64,000 nucleotides of DNA, from assembly GCA_023398165.1 (NCBI GenBank), contig JAEWSQ010000018.1:4581-68580 (forward strand). The letters run 5' to 3'. The position numbers and the translations under genes are program-made. The notes beneath the pieces were generated by a model that had not been told where the DNA came from, made no database searches, and was given only the letters and a program-made list of their open reading frames with translations. The DNA comes from Spirochaetota bacterium (GTDB taxonomy: Bacteria > Spirochaetota > Spirochaetia > Treponematales > Treponemataceae). Positions 28,576-39,030 of this stretch are shown here, piece by piece (the stretch's first letter is position 1; each line of letters begins with the position of its first letter).

Positions 28576-30930
28576 ATACAGCTCCGCATAAAGCTCCATA
28601 GTCTGATCAAGTTCATCTTCCGAGTCGCATGCAAGACTTGCAGCAAAATATAGTGCAGCAGCCGATTCTGTCGTCAATCTTCCCATCGGAACCGCACCCT
28701 CCCTCCAAACTCTTCTGCTGGTTGAGTAATTTGAAAAGTTAATTGAACTCTGCTGCTGGGATGTACAGTATACCCTGCATCCGCTTTTTCTCGCCTTTAT
28801 GAGCAGGGGTTTAAGGGAATAATCTCCGGTTCTCATACTGCCGGTTCCTGTCTCATACAGCTCCAGAATAAAGCATTTAACACCTTCGTCAATGAGAGAT
28901 TTATATAAGGAGGCTTTAAGCCCCGGATAAATTCTGCAGATAAGAAGCTTATCGGCGGCTTCCCGTAAAAGCTGCTTAGTGACGAAGGCGTCAAATTCGG
29001 TACTTGAAAACTGAAGCGAAACCGGGCCCGAAGATGTATATACAGGGGATGAAAGATTCCAGTTGGTAAATCCGTCCGGAGAAGGCTTCACAAATTTCAA
29101 ATTCAAGGGCGATAAAACTTTCCCTCCAAAAACCACATAAACACCTTTTTTTTCACGGCAGGCGGTCTGTGCAGCAAGCAGAAGATTTGATTCTGCCTCA
29201 CTGGAGGCGTCGGGGGTTTCTGTGGAAGCAGTGAGAACGATCGGTACATCCGCATCTGAAAAAAGCCAGAATAATAACGCTGCCGTGTAGGCAAGTGTGT
29301 CGGTTCCATGAGCTACAACGATTCCGGTTGCCGTGCCGGCTGCAATACGGGATGCAATTTCCGCTACCAGCAGAGCCCAGTCGGCAGGCTCAATTTCTTC
29401 GCTTAAGATCTGCCCGACCGATATGAGCTGATACCGTACACCCGATAGATATTCGGAAGCATCATTCTTATCTTTAGGTGAAAAAAACGTATCTAAAAGA
29501 GGTTTAAGAACCGAACCGTCTGAAGGGCTGACAGAGCCGTCTTCCCCGAGACGGGAGCAGATGGATCCTCCCATGGAAAGGACAAATACAATGCTTATGG
29601 CAAGCTCTTTTTTAATAAGCGCCTTGACTATTTGAGGAACCGCCATGCCGTTTGTTTTTTTCATTACAAGACCGGTGAGAAACTCAAGGGGCGCCATTTC
29701 CCCTTTTCTAAGTTTTTCAGCTTCACCGGGATTTGACTGAATAATGGAACGCACGGCAGGAAGAATCTCGTTTTCATCTGATATCTGCTTCCAGTGATTT
29801 TTTTTGATAAGAAGATCGGGATCCGAACCGTTTTCCAGAACACTCAGAAGGAGCTGTTTTGCTATTCCGCTGTGTATCTGCTTTTTCCCGAATAAAATCA
29901 TTATTTTCGCAAATCGTTCCGGCGTTAATTCGCTGTTTAAAACGGGTTTATTATACCATTTAAGAAGTCTTACCAGCTCGCTTGAAATCCAGTGTGCGCA
30001 GTCCATCGGATTAGCTCCCACTTCTATCGCTTTTTCAAAAAAATCCGCGCGGTCTTTTTCATCGCATATAAACTCCGCCCGCGAGCGCGATAAACCATAT
30101 TGAGCCGAAATCCTTTTCCGTCTCATCTCCGGCAGTTCTATCATAAGAGAATCAGTATTTTGTGTTATGACGGATGGAAGATAATGGGATGCCTCTGGTC
30201 CTGTAACTTTCTCATACTGCCTGTTAACCCCGGCAGCCCTCAGTTTATAAGATTCGGTCATATTCTGTTTCTCATTCCATAGACGGCTTTCAGATTCAAC
30301 CTGTCCGCCGGAGCTCAGTACTTCCTCCTGTCTGCCGAGTTCCGCATTAACAGCCTTTCTCACAAAGTTAAAGGAATTCAGATTGCGCAGCTTTACATAG
30401 TATGCGGGAAGGTCAGGGTACTTGGACAAAGCGGCAAATGCATTACACCGTATAGAGCTTTTCCCCGGTCCGTTTGATGATGGGTGAAGATACTGCATAA
30501 GCCTGCGTACTTCTTCTAAAAACAGTTCTGCTTCTTCTCCAAGTTCAAAATTTGCACTTGTCCTGATAATTAGACTGGGACAGCCTGCATTGGAATAATC
30601 CATGCGGGTAATTCCTTCTGAATGAGTTAACCGTCCAGCATCCTCTTCAAGACGGACTTCCTCAATCATGATGACTTTTGAACGCTGATGAAAAGAAATA
30701 GGGAGAGAGCCTCCTGAGGCAAGTTTTACAGAATAAAAAGTAAGAGCATAGTGTTCGGGAACCTGGACAATAGATGTATGTTTTTCAAGAACCGGGTTAT
30801 CCACGATATTGCAGCCCAGAGCTTTAATTATTGTATATACGTCGTTTATAACCGCTTCTGAAGGAGGAAAAACAGGCTTTACAGATGAGAGCAAAATCCG
30901 CACATCCAAAAAAACATGAGACTGATACAC
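28570..30930 (-). CDS. Fusion protein: GatB/GatE-like amidotransferase core, GatB/YqeY-like helical tail and L-asparaginase/GatD-like domain
   Basis: GatB motifs RLEEDAGRLTH (aa 93-103), SIRCNAF, LRNLNSFNFVRKAVNAELGRQEEVLSSGG and ELPEMRRKR, plus a tail region FFEKAIEVGANPMDCAHWISSELV. The asparaginase-like part has GGSI (aa 454-457), HGTDT (aa 541-545) and ELYETGTGS. Confidence 0.8.
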   Translation of the reverse strand: MYQSHVFLDVRILLSSVKPVFPPSEAVINDVYTIIKALGCNIVDNPVLEKHTSIVQVPEHYALTFYSVKLASGGSLPISFHQRSKVIMIEEVRLEEDAGRLTHSEGITRMDYSNAGCPSLIIRTSANFELGEEAELFLEEVRRLMQYLHPSSNGPGKSSIRCNAFAALSKYPDLPAYYVKLRNLNSFNFVRKAVNAELGRQEEVLSSGGQVESESRLWNEKQNMTESYKLRAAGVNRQYEKVTGPEASHYLPSVITQNTDSLMIELPEMRRKRISAQYGLSRSRAEFICDEKDRADFFEKAIEVGANPMDCAHWISSELVRLLKWYNKPVLNSELTPERFAKIMILFGKKQIHSGIAKQLLLSVLENGSDPDLLIKKNHWKQISDENEILPAVRSIIQSNPGEAEKLRKGEMAPLEFLTGLVMKKTNGMAVPQIVKALIKKELAISIVFVLSMGGSICSRLGEDGSVSPSDGSVLKPLLDTFFSPKDKNDASEYLSGVRYQLISVGQILSEEIEPADWALLVAEIASRIAAGTATGIVVAHGTDTLAYTAALLFWLFSDADVPIVLTASTETPDASSEAESNLLLAAQTACREKKGVYVVFGGKVLSPLNLKFVKPSPDGFTNWNLSSPVYTSSGPVSLQFSSTEFDAFVTKQLLREAADKLLICRIYPGLKASLYKSLIDEGVKCFILELYETGTGSMRTGDYSLKPLLIKARKSGCRVYCTSQQQSSINFSNYSTSRRVWREGAVPMGRLTTESAAALYFAASLACDSEDELDQTMELYAELYS

Positions 30931-31062
30931 GATTACCCCCTGGAAATATTACAGAAAAAGTGATATTAACTATACCACTTTTACTTGCTTTATGATATAC
31001 TTTAAACTGATGTTATATCAACTGTTAGCGTTACTGAAAAGTTGTGTGCATAAGGAGAATTT

Positions 31063-32493
31063 GTGAATAAGCGCGATTTTCCAAAAATTCATTTTTATGA
31101 CCAGGATTTTGTCGACATTTATGACAAAACCTGGGCATGGCTTCAAGATTTTTGGCTAGACCCTAAAACCGGAGAATCTGCTTTAGAAGGCTATTTTGTG
31201 TATCCGGAAAACAATAATATAGTATTAGACCAGCTCGAATCTATCTTTGCTTCTTTTTTTCTTGTTTACTCAAACAGAAATTATCCTGCAAACCAGAATT
31301 TGGATTATTTCTATGAAAAACAGGAAGCAGGCGGAGCTATTCGTTGGAAGTACAATTTAAAGACCGGAGAACCGGTCGTTTCAAAGGATAATCCTGAGGG
31401 CGCAGGTTTGCCCCTTTTTGCATGGGCTGAATTCAACCTTTTTCATAAGTCTGCAAATAAACGGCGCATCAAAGAAGTGATGCCTGTACTGCAGAAATAC
31501 ACCGAATGGCTTGAAAAAACCTTCAAACAGGAAAACGGACTGTATGCAGTTCCGCCTGCTGCTTCAACAATGACTAATGCTCCCCGGTCGGGAACGTATT
31601 ATTCTGTAGACTTCAATTCATGCCTTGCGGTACATGCTCTGTACATGTCGGCTCTCGGCGATATTCTCAACGATAAAGATTTAAGTTTTCAGTACAAACG
31701 GATGTACTTCTCATTGAAAACCAGAATCAACAATCTTATGTGGGATAATGACACGGGTTTTTATTATGACCTTAATAAGGCTTCAGAAAAACTCATGCAT
31801 AAGACAATTGCAGGATTCTGGCCGCTTTTAGCAGAAATTCCTAATGAAGATAAGGCCGATGCCCTCATTTCACACCTGAGCAATCCCGAATCATTCGGTA
31901 CAGAACATCCTTTCCCCACGTTGTCCGCTGACCACAGCGATTTCAGCCTTTCGGGCAACGGATTCTGCGGAAGCGTGTATCCCCAGTTCAATTTTATGGT
32001 GATCAAGGGGCTGGAGAAGTACCAGCGGTGGGATCTGGCGCGCGAGTGCTCCATCCGCCACCTGTACTTCATGCTCGATGCAATGTTCCCCGGCGGATCG
32101 CACACAAAGGGCGATCTTTGGGAAGCGTATCTGCCTAACAAAGAAGGTTTTGCCGTAATTGAAGGAAACGAAGCGTTCCCCAGAAAACGGCATGTTCAGT
32201 CGGCAGGACTTTCCACAATTGCATTGATGATCGAAAACGTGATCGGTCTGTCTATCAGTCTTCCGAGGAAAACAGTAGACTGGATTATTCCAAATTTGGA
32301 AATAATGGGCATTGAAAACCTTTCTTTGAAGCGCAATATGATCACAATTCTTTCAAACAAAAGCACCAGAGGATGGGAAATTCAGATGGAAAGTGAAAAA
32401 TTATACTATTTCACCATCAACATACTCGGGCAAAAGAAAAAAACACTGCCTATTCCGTCCGGAAAGTGTTCAATGCTTATAGATAAGCTGTAG
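31063..32493 (+). CDS. Six-hairpin (alpha/alpha)6 glycoside hydrolase, trehalase/GH63-like
   Basis: 476 aa with no signal peptide. Segments such as DTGFYYDL, WPLLAEIPNEDKADALISHLSNPESFGTEHPFPTLS and LWEAY resemble MGH1/trehalase-type enzymes. GTG start with AAGGAG upstream. Confidence 0.55.
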   Translation: MNKRDFPKIHFYDQDFVDIYDKTWAWLQDFWLDPKTGESALEGYFVYPENNNIVLDQLESIFASFFLVYSNRNYPANQNLDYFYEKQEAGGAIRWKYNLKTGEPVVSKDNPEGAGLPLFAWAEFNLFHKSANKRRIKEVMPVLQKYTEWLEKTFKQENGLYAVPPAASTMTNAPRSGTYYSVDFNSCLAVHALYMSALGDILNDKDLSFQYKRMYFSLKTRINNLMWDNDTGFYYDLNKASEKLMHKTIAGFWPLLAEIPNEDKADALISHLSNPESFGTEHPFPTLSADHSDFSLSGNGFCGSVYPQFNFMVIKGLEKYQRWDLARECSIRHLYFMLDAMFPGGSHTKGDLWEAYLPNKEGFAVIEGNEAFPRKRHVQSAGLSTIALMIENVIGLSISLPRKTVDWIIPNLEIMGIENLSLKRNMITILSNKSTRGWEIQMESEKLYYFTINILGQKKKTLPIPSGKCSMLIDKL

Positions 32494-32503
32494 GGGCTCT
32501 CAT

Positions 32504-34033
32504 ATGGCATCTCTCGAAGCTGTTTTGGAAATCGGTTCTACGGGAATACGGCTTCTAATAGGCGAAGTTGCGGAAAATCAGGGATGGACTGTCATTGATC
32601 ATTCGGAACTTCCCATAGCACTGGGCTGGGACGTTTTTACCACCGGCCTTGTTTCGAGGGAGTCATTGCTCCAGTGTTTGAAAATTCTCCACCGCTTTAA
32701 AGAGCAGATACAGTGCTGGTCTTTACCCAATGAACAAATTACAGTCATAGCAACAAGCGCCTTGCGGGAAGCAGCAAATAGAGATACCGTTCTTGACCGG
32801 ATTCTTGTAAAAACGGGATTTAAGGTTAAGGTGATTGACGGTATTGAAGAAAGCAGGCTCATGTATCTTGGAGTAGTACAGGCTCTTCAGGACGAGTTTC
32901 CTAAACTAAAAAAAAGCGATTCTGTAATTATTGAAGTCGGAGGCGGCTCAACAGAAATAATGCTCCTTCAAAGGGGCAGAATGGCGGCCGTTCACAGCTT
33001 AAGGCTCGGCACGGTTATTATTGAACAGCAGATAAAATCCATGATGGGTTCGCAGAAAGAGGCCCACCGTTTTCTGGTTGAATACATAAAAAACGCCGGC
33101 GGAATAATGAATACTGAAATCAAACTTGATGAGATTGATGTTTTCATAGCTATTGGAAGCGAAGTACGCCTTGCGGCACTTCAAATAGGAAAACGTATTT
33201 ATTCCCATTGCTGCACAATTTCAACAGATGAGTTTATTAGTTTTACCGACGAGATACAGGAATACTCTATAGAAGAAAGCGCTGAACGCTTCAAAATTCC
33301 CTACAGTGAAGCAAAAACGCTGGCCATCGGACTCCTTGCATACAAACTTTTTATTCAGCTTACCAAGGCCAAGACTATTTTAGTTCCGGACACCACCATA
33401 CGAGAAGGTGTTCTTGTTTCGAAATTCAGTTCTCCAAGCGCAGAAATTCATGATGATTTCACGTCTCAAATTATTGCATCGGCGTATAATCTTGGCGTTA
33501 AGTATCATTTTGACGAAGCTCATGCCGAATTTGTACGGATAACCGCTCTAAAATTATTTGACGCTCTCAAGGGTGAATTAGGACTCGACAGCTCTGCCAG
33601 AATGCTTTTGGAAGTTGCATCAATTCTTCACGATGTTGGAATGTATATTAGAGGAAGCGATCATCATCTTCACAGTCAGTATATAATTTCCCATTCTGAT
33701 ATTTTCGGTATAACAAAAGAAAATATGACAATCATATCGAATGTTGCGCGGTACCACCGGGGCAAAGGACCGCAGAGCGGCGCATCAGATTTTTACGCGC
33801 TCCCGCGTCTTGACAGAATGGCCGTCTTAAAACTGACAGCTATCCTCAGGGTTGCAGATGCACTTGACCGCAGTCACGGTCAGAGAATTCAGTCATTTGA
33901 TACCGATTTTAAAGGCGACACATTTATTCTAAAACTTCACGGCGTTCAGGATACTATACTTGAAAAAATTGCGATGAAAGAAAAAGCTGATTTATTCGAA
34001 TCCATATTCGGCTATAAGGTTATTCTCGTTTAG
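32504..34033 (+). CDS. ppx: Exopolyphosphatase / Ppx-GppA family phosphatase with a C-terminal HD domain
   Basis: N-terminal ASKHA-fold motifs (LEIGSTGIRLLIGE, IIEVGGGSTE) and a C-terminal HD region (ILHDVGMYI..HH). Immediately upstream of ppk. Confidence 0.88.
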   Translation: MASLEAVLEIGSTGIRLLIGEVAENQGWTVIDHSELPIALGWDVFTTGLVSRESLLQCLKILHRFKEQIQCWSLPNEQITVIATSALREAANRDTVLDRILVKTGFKVKVIDGIEESRLMYLGVVQALQDEFPKLKKSDSVIIEVGGGSTEIMLLQRGRMAAVHSLRLGTVIIEQQIKSMMGSQKEAHRFLVEYIKNAGGIMNTEIKLDEIDVFIAIGSEVRLAALQIGKRIYSHCCTISTDEFISFTDEIQEYSIEESAERFKIPYSEAKTLAIGLLAYKLFIQLTKAKTILVPDTTIREGVLVSKFSSPSAEIHDDFTSQIIASAYNLGVKYHFDEAHAEFVRITALKLFDALKGELGLDSSARMLLEVASILHDVGMYIRGSDHHLHSQYIISHSDIFGITKENMTIISNVARYHRGKGPQSGASDFYALPRLDRMAVLKLTAILRVADALDRSHGQRIQSFDTDFKGDTFILKLHGVQDTILEKIAMKEKADLFESIFGYKVILV

Positions 34034-34046
34034 TACAGGAGTTTTT

Positions 34047-36191
34047 ATGGTGAATAAGTATAATTTTTTTAACAGAGAATTATCCTGGATAGAATTTAAT
34101 GCACGTGTTTTGGCGGAAGCAAAAAAAGCACATACACCCCTTCTCGAACGCTTAAGATTTTTAACAATAGTAACAACCAATTTTGATGAGTTTTTCATGG
34201 TACGCGTTGCTGAACTAAAAAGGCAGGCTCAGAATAATCCGGGATGGAAAGATCTTGCTTTTCTTACGGCAAAACAACAGCTTGCAAAAATTTCCGCGAG
34301 GGTTCATGAAGTTATTAACAGCCAGTACACCTGCCTCAACAATGTTATTATACCCCAGCTGAAAAAAGAAGGCATTGAATATATTAAAAATACATCGTAT
34401 TCACCGGAACAGATGAACTACCTCAGCATTCTTTTTCAACAGGAAATTTTCCCGTTATTAACCCCCCTGCGCGTAGACAGTGCCACAGAGTTTCCCCATA
34501 TTACAAACCTCCGTCTGCACGCCGCTTTTTTATTGAAGCCTCTCATAGAAGATTCGCTTTTACCAGAGCAGTTTAAACATAAAAATGGAGAGGATCCCAT
34601 AGCCGTTGTTCAGCTCCCGAGCAGCATTCCCCGCATTGTCTGGATTCCCTCCTCCGGTGATAAAAAAATGTTCACTCTTCTTGATGATATAATAACTCTT
34701 TTTGGCACGCGGCTGTTTCCAGGATACAGTGTTGAGGAAAATTTCTTATTCAAAGTAACACGGGATGCCGCTTTTGCAGTCGATGAAGAAAGGGATGCAG
34801 ATTTTATTCAGGCAATGGAAGAGGTTCTTGCAAAAAGACTTTCATCGTTTCCGGTACGTATGATATGCACAACATCAAGTTCCAGAATACAAAAATTTAT
34901 TTCCAGTAAACTCGGCTTAACTAAGGATGATTTATACGAAGTTCAGGGTATTATAGATCTTGCAACACTTGCAGATTTAATCTCTATTGAAGGTTTCACT
35001 CATTTAAAATTTCCGGGATGGAAACACTTCCAGAATCCTGTACTTAATAAAGAATGTAATTTTTGGGATGTTTTAAAACAAAAAGATGTTCTGCTTACTG
35101 TCCCCTATGAATCTTTTGAACCGGTTCTCGATTTTATAACACGTGCAAGCGAAGACCCCTCTGTTCTCGCAATAAAAATGACGCTCTATAGAACCAGCGG
35201 AAATTCTCCAATAATTTATGCCCTTGAGAAAGCGGCAAGAAACGGAAAACAGGTTACTGTTTTCGTAGAACTCAAGGCGCGTTTTGATGAAAAACAGAAT
35301 ATATCCTGGGCTTCCCAGCTGGAACAGGCAGGCGTAATAGTAGTTTATGGTATTGCAAACCTGAAAGTGCATGCAAAGATGCTTCTCATTGTCCGCAAAG
35401 AATACGACGGTATACGGCGGTACGTTCATCTTTCCACGGGTAATTATAATGACAAGACAGCACGTCTTTACAGCGATTTCTCTCTATTTTCATCCAGTGA
35501 AGAACTCGGTAACGATGCAACGCAGTTTTTCAATATGATCTCAGGGTATTCTTCCGTTCAGACAATGAAGAGTCTTTTCATGGCTCCGGTAAACCTCAAG
35601 TCTCAGCTTCTATTTATGATTGATCGTGAGATTCAGAATTCATCAAAGGAAACTCCTGGGCTTATTATGGCCAAGATGAACAGTCTTGCAGATAAAGAAA
35701 TAATTGAAGCCTTATACAAGGCCAGTAAAAATCATGTTGTCATACTTTTAAATGTGAGAGGAATCTGTCTTCTTGTTCCCGGAGTGAAAAATCAAAGCGA
35801 GACAATATCAGTTGTCAGCATCGTGGACCGGTACCTCGAACACGCGCGTGTTTTTTATTTTCAAAACAACGGGGAAGAGGAATTGTATTTGGCAAGCGCC
35901 GACTGGATGCCGCGCAATCTAGAAAAACGCGTGGAATTAATGTTCCCGATTATTCAGGATGATATTTTCAGAACAATTAAAGATACTCTTCTCGTCTACT
36001 TCAGCGACAACACAAACTCATACTATCTTCAAAGCAGCGGATCCTGGATCCCTAGAAAGCCGGAGGAACACGAAGAAAAATTACGGGCTCAGGAGTTTTT
36101 ATACAATCAATTCAATCATGCTCATGAAGCCCAGATAAAAGAACTCCCTAAAGAATTTATTGTAAGAAGATCAGAGCCGAAAAATCAATGA
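34047..36191 (+). CDS. ppk: Polyphosphate kinase 1
   Basis: 714 aa. Starts FFNRELSWIEFNARVLAEA and carries two PLD-like HKD-type regions (KVHAKMLLIVR and EHARVFYF). Confidence 0.95.
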   Translation: MVNKYNFFNRELSWIEFNARVLAEAKKAHTPLLERLRFLTIVTTNFDEFFMVRVAELKRQAQNNPGWKDLAFLTAKQQLAKISARVHEVINSQYTCLNNVIIPQLKKEGIEYIKNTSYSPEQMNYLSILFQQEIFPLLTPLRVDSATEFPHITNLRLHAAFLLKPLIEDSLLPEQFKHKNGEDPIAVVQLPSSIPRIVWIPSSGDKKMFTLLDDIITLFGTRLFPGYSVEENFLFKVTRDAAFAVDEERDADFIQAMEEVLAKRLSSFPVRMICTTSSSRIQKFISSKLGLTKDDLYEVQGIIDLATLADLISIEGFTHLKFPGWKHFQNPVLNKECNFWDVLKQKDVLLTVPYESFEPVLDFITRASEDPSVLAIKMTLYRTSGNSPIIYALEKAARNGKQVTVFVELKARFDEKQNISWASQLEQAGVIVVYGIANLKVHAKMLLIVRKEYDGIRRYVHLSTGNYNDKTARLYSDFSLFSSSEELGNDATQFFNMISGYSSVQTMKSLFMAPVNLKSQLLFMIDREIQNSSKETPGLIMAKMNSLADKEIIEALYKASKNHVVILLNVRGICLLVPGVKNQSETISVVSIVDRYLEHARVFYFQNNGEEELYLASADWMPRNLEKRVELMFPIIQDDIFRTIKDTLLVYFSDNTNSYYLQSSGSWIPRKPEEHEEKLRAQEFLYNQFNHAHEAQIKELPKEFIVRRSEPKNQ

Positions 36192-36213
36192 CAGATGCCG
36201 TTCATAAAAAAAC

Positions 36214-36249
36214 CCGGACAAAGCATACCTTTATCCGGGTTTATTTTCT
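36214..36249. terminator. Bidirectional rho-independent terminator between convergent ppk and the binding-protein gene
   Basis: ACCCGGA (36214-36220) pairs with TCCGGGT (36236-36242). It is flanked by an A-run upstream and TTATTTT downstream. Confidence 0.65.
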
Positions 36250-36264
36250 TAAATGTAAGGCTGC

Positions 36265-37980
36265 CTATTTTTCTGATATTGAAATATTATCTATAACAAT
36301 ATCTGTAATATTATGCCCGCCTATTTTTATACCGAACTTGCCGTTCAGATTCACTTCATTAATGTATCCTGTAAGAGTATACACGGTACCGGATTCCAGA
36401 AGACTCTTTGTCATCCAGCCCCATTTATTCAAATCGTCTTTAAATGCTTCAAGATACACGTAGGCATCCGCCTCGGGCTTTCCTAGAATTTTTACATCGA
36501 AGCTTACTTTATAATCGCGCCATCCGACTATTCCGAAAAGTTCAGGATCGCTGATGACGGCATCAACATATTCTCCGTCAACAGAACTATTCATGCTAAT
36601 TTTTAATGATTTTCCCTTTATTGCCTCTTTTCCTGAAACAACAGAAACCTTAACGCTCTTGTTTTCCGCGTTAAATACTTTGAATGCAGCCTCTGAACCT
36701 TTCTTCTCAAAGTCCTCGCTGAGCGCTTTAAAATTCAGTCTTACAGGTTTTTCCATAGGTTTATTTGCTTCTGCAATTAATGTTTCAGCCTTTGCTTTGT
36801 ATCCGGCTATTGCAGCAGATGCGGAATTTCCTGTCCATACAATTTCCCCAAGGAATTCATCGAGCATTGAATCAATTGCACTGGCTGTAATTCCAGGGTA
36901 TATAATCGGTTCTTTATTCATCTGAGCTGATAAGTCAAGAACTTCCTGAGGCCAGCTTTTCTTTCTGTTTGCAAGGTCATCGTCGTACCATGTCTTTAGA
37001 CAAATGTCTATAAATTTTCCGGCATAGGTCGGATTTTTTGAACCGTTGCCTATTCCGTATCCGTCTGTTTCAAAAATGTGCTTCGGACTCTTGTTGCCCG
37101 GTCCTACAGGAAGCGGAACATAAGCAAGTTCATCGCGTGTATTTTTTAAAATTGTGGAAGCCATATACTGCCTTTCCATAAACATTGCGACAACTCTTTT
37201 TTGAATACCGTCTGCAGCAATGTTGTTATCCTGAAGATACCATCCTTCTTTTTTGGCATTCTCAAGATACGTGAGAGCTTCCATTAATTTCTGATCATCA
37301 AAATTAAGTTTAATGTTTCCATTCGCATCAGTGGTGGTAAAAGAACTTCCGTTCATGTAGACAAATCCGCGTGTCCACCAGTTTGCAAAACCCCAGCGGT
37401 CAATAACACCGCTTCCTGTTGTGTCTTTTGTAAGTTTTCTTGCAAGTGTCCTCAAGGTATCGAAATTCCATTTTCCCGCCTTGTACAGTGCAAGAGGCTG
37501 TTCGCTTTCGGGAATGCCTTCCTCTTCCATGAGAGTCTTATTATAAATAATTATCCAGGGATGGTTTGAAGTAATATGAGAAGCTGCATAATATTTACCG
37601 CCGTACTTAAATGCCATGTCCATACCTGCTTTATTGAGATACGGTACCGATAAATCGACGTATCCGTCGAGGCTCTGCATGTAGCCCTTGGCATAGAACT
37701 TGGGGAAATCCGCATCGCGGCAGAAAATTACATCGATCGGCTCGCCTGCTGCAAGATTGGTCAGAATCTTTGTCTGCCAGTTATTCCAGTCGGACTGAAT
37801 AAACTTGACCTTCCCGCCTGTCTGCTTAGTATACTCCGCAGCAGCGCGCACCATAACATCATTTTTATCGCGCGAGTTTACAGCCGGGCGGAAAACTGTA
37901 ATATTCGCACTCTCGGCAAAAACTGACGCGGCACAGAATACAAGTGCAGTCAACGCCATGATAAATTGTTTCTTTTTCAT
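36265..37980 (-). CDS. Extracellular solute-binding lipoprotein (sugar ABC, family 1) with a C-terminal beta-sandwich/CBM-like module
   Basis: Signal peptide KKKQFIMALTALVFCAASVFA, an SBP fold of about 420 aa, then an extra domain of about 150 aa. GGAGGA abuts three consecutive ATGs (37986, 37983, 37980), and the third has the best spacing. The track start at 38088 overlaps the upstream gene. Confidence 0.85.
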   Translation of the reverse strand: MKKKQFIMALTALVFCAASVFAESANITVFRPAVNSRDKNDVMVRAAAEYTKQTGGKVKFIQSDWNNWQTKILTNLAAGEPIDVIFCRDADFPKFYAKGYMQSLDGYVDLSVPYLNKAGMDMAFKYGGKYYAASHITSNHPWIIIYNKTLMEEEGIPESEQPLALYKAGKWNFDTLRTLARKLTKDTTGSGVIDRWGFANWWTRGFVYMNGSSFTTTDANGNIKLNFDDQKLMEALTYLENAKKEGWYLQDNNIAADGIQKRVVAMFMERQYMASTILKNTRDELAYVPLPVGPGNKSPKHIFETDGYGIGNGSKNPTYAGKFIDICLKTWYDDDLANRKKSWPQEVLDLSAQMNKEPIIYPGITASAIDSMLDEFLGEIVWTGNSASAAIAGYKAKAETLIAEANKPMEKPVRLNFKALSEDFEKKGSEAAFKVFNAENKSVKVSVVSGKEAIKGKSLKISMNSSVDGEYVDAVISDPELFGIVGWRDYKVSFDVKILGKPEADAYVYLEAFKDDLNKWGWMTKSLLESGTVYTLTGYINEVNLNGKFGIKIGGHNITDIVIDNISISEK

Positions 37981-38035
37981 CATCATTCCTCCATGTGTGT
38001 TTATGTGTTCCAGACTTCTGGTCATCACCAAATTT

Positions 38036-39007
38036 TTAACCGACAATTCCGGTTCTTGTAATACTTTCAGTGAAATATTTCTGTGCAAAAATATATAATA
38101 TCAGCACAGGTGCTATAACGACGAAACAGGCGGCTTCAAGCAAAGAAGATTCAGCCAAAGCCATATCTTCTGCGCTCATGTTCTGGGAAAGAAGGGTCAG
38201 CCTTTCCTGCAGCATAGTAACCGATACCGATAAGGGATATTCTTCGACAAAAAACATCACCGACAGATAAAAGTCATTCCAATGCCAGACTACAGAAAAA
38301 AGAGTTATTACTATAACGATGCTGCCCACATTCGGAAGCATTATTTTAATAAAAGTTTTAAAAGGGCCGCATCCGTCTACAAATGCCGATTCCTCCAGTT
38401 CAACCGGCATGCTTTTAAAAAACTGTCTTACCATAAAAATATACAATCCGGATCTGATTCCCGTGCCGGTCAGCGACATTAAGTAAAACGGCCAGTTCGT
38501 ATTTAGCAGTTTTACGGTAACAGGTTCACCGTTATTAAAAACTGCGAGGAGTTTCCCGATTCCGAAGAAATCAAAAAAGCGGAAGTTAACATAGAGCGGA
38601 ATTATCATCGTTTGAACTGGAACAATAATGGTAAATAAAAGACACGAGAAAAGAAATTCCTTATACTTAAAATTAAAGCGTGCAAAACCGTATGCCACCA
38701 TAAGGCAGATAAAAACCTGTATTATTACTGAAGGAATTAACATGCTGAGAGTTTTCATAATTGAAGGAATAAAACCGAGTATTTGATCCGCCAGAAAAAA
38801 ATTATTCAGCGTAAAAGTTTTTGGAATCCAGATAACTGTCGGATCGAGCCGGTCTATTGGATCTCTAAAAGCATTGGAAAGTAAAAAGAGAACAGGGTAC
38901 ATAAGGACATACGCCATTCCAAGCAGGAAGACCGCACGCAGAACCGCTGCAATTATTTCCAGAGCCCTATCTCCTGCTTTTTTATTTTTATAGTAAGTCA
39001 TTGCCAT
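38036..39007 (-). CDS. Carbohydrate ABC transporter permease (MalG-like)
   Basis: Six-TM profile and an EAA-like loop (ELEESAFVDGCGPFKTFIKIMLP). Confidence 0.9.
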   Translation of the reverse strand: MAMTYYKNKKAGDRALEIIAAVLRAVFLLGMAYVLMYPVLFLLSNAFRDPIDRLDPTVIWIPKTFTLNNFFLADQILGFIPSIMKTLSMLIPSVIIQVFICLMVAYGFARFNFKYKEFLFSCLLFTIIVPVQTMIIPLYVNFRFFDFFGIGKLLAVFNNGEPVTVKLLNTNWPFYLMSLTGTGIRSGLYIFMVRQFFKSMPVELEESAFVDGCGPFKTFIKIMLPNVGSIVIVITLFSVVWHWNDFYLSVMFFVEEYPLSVSVTMLQERLTLLSQNMSAEDMALAESSLLEAACFVVIAPVLILYIFAQKYFTESITRTGIVG

Positions 39008-39030
39008 TACATACCTCCGGAAAGAAACAC

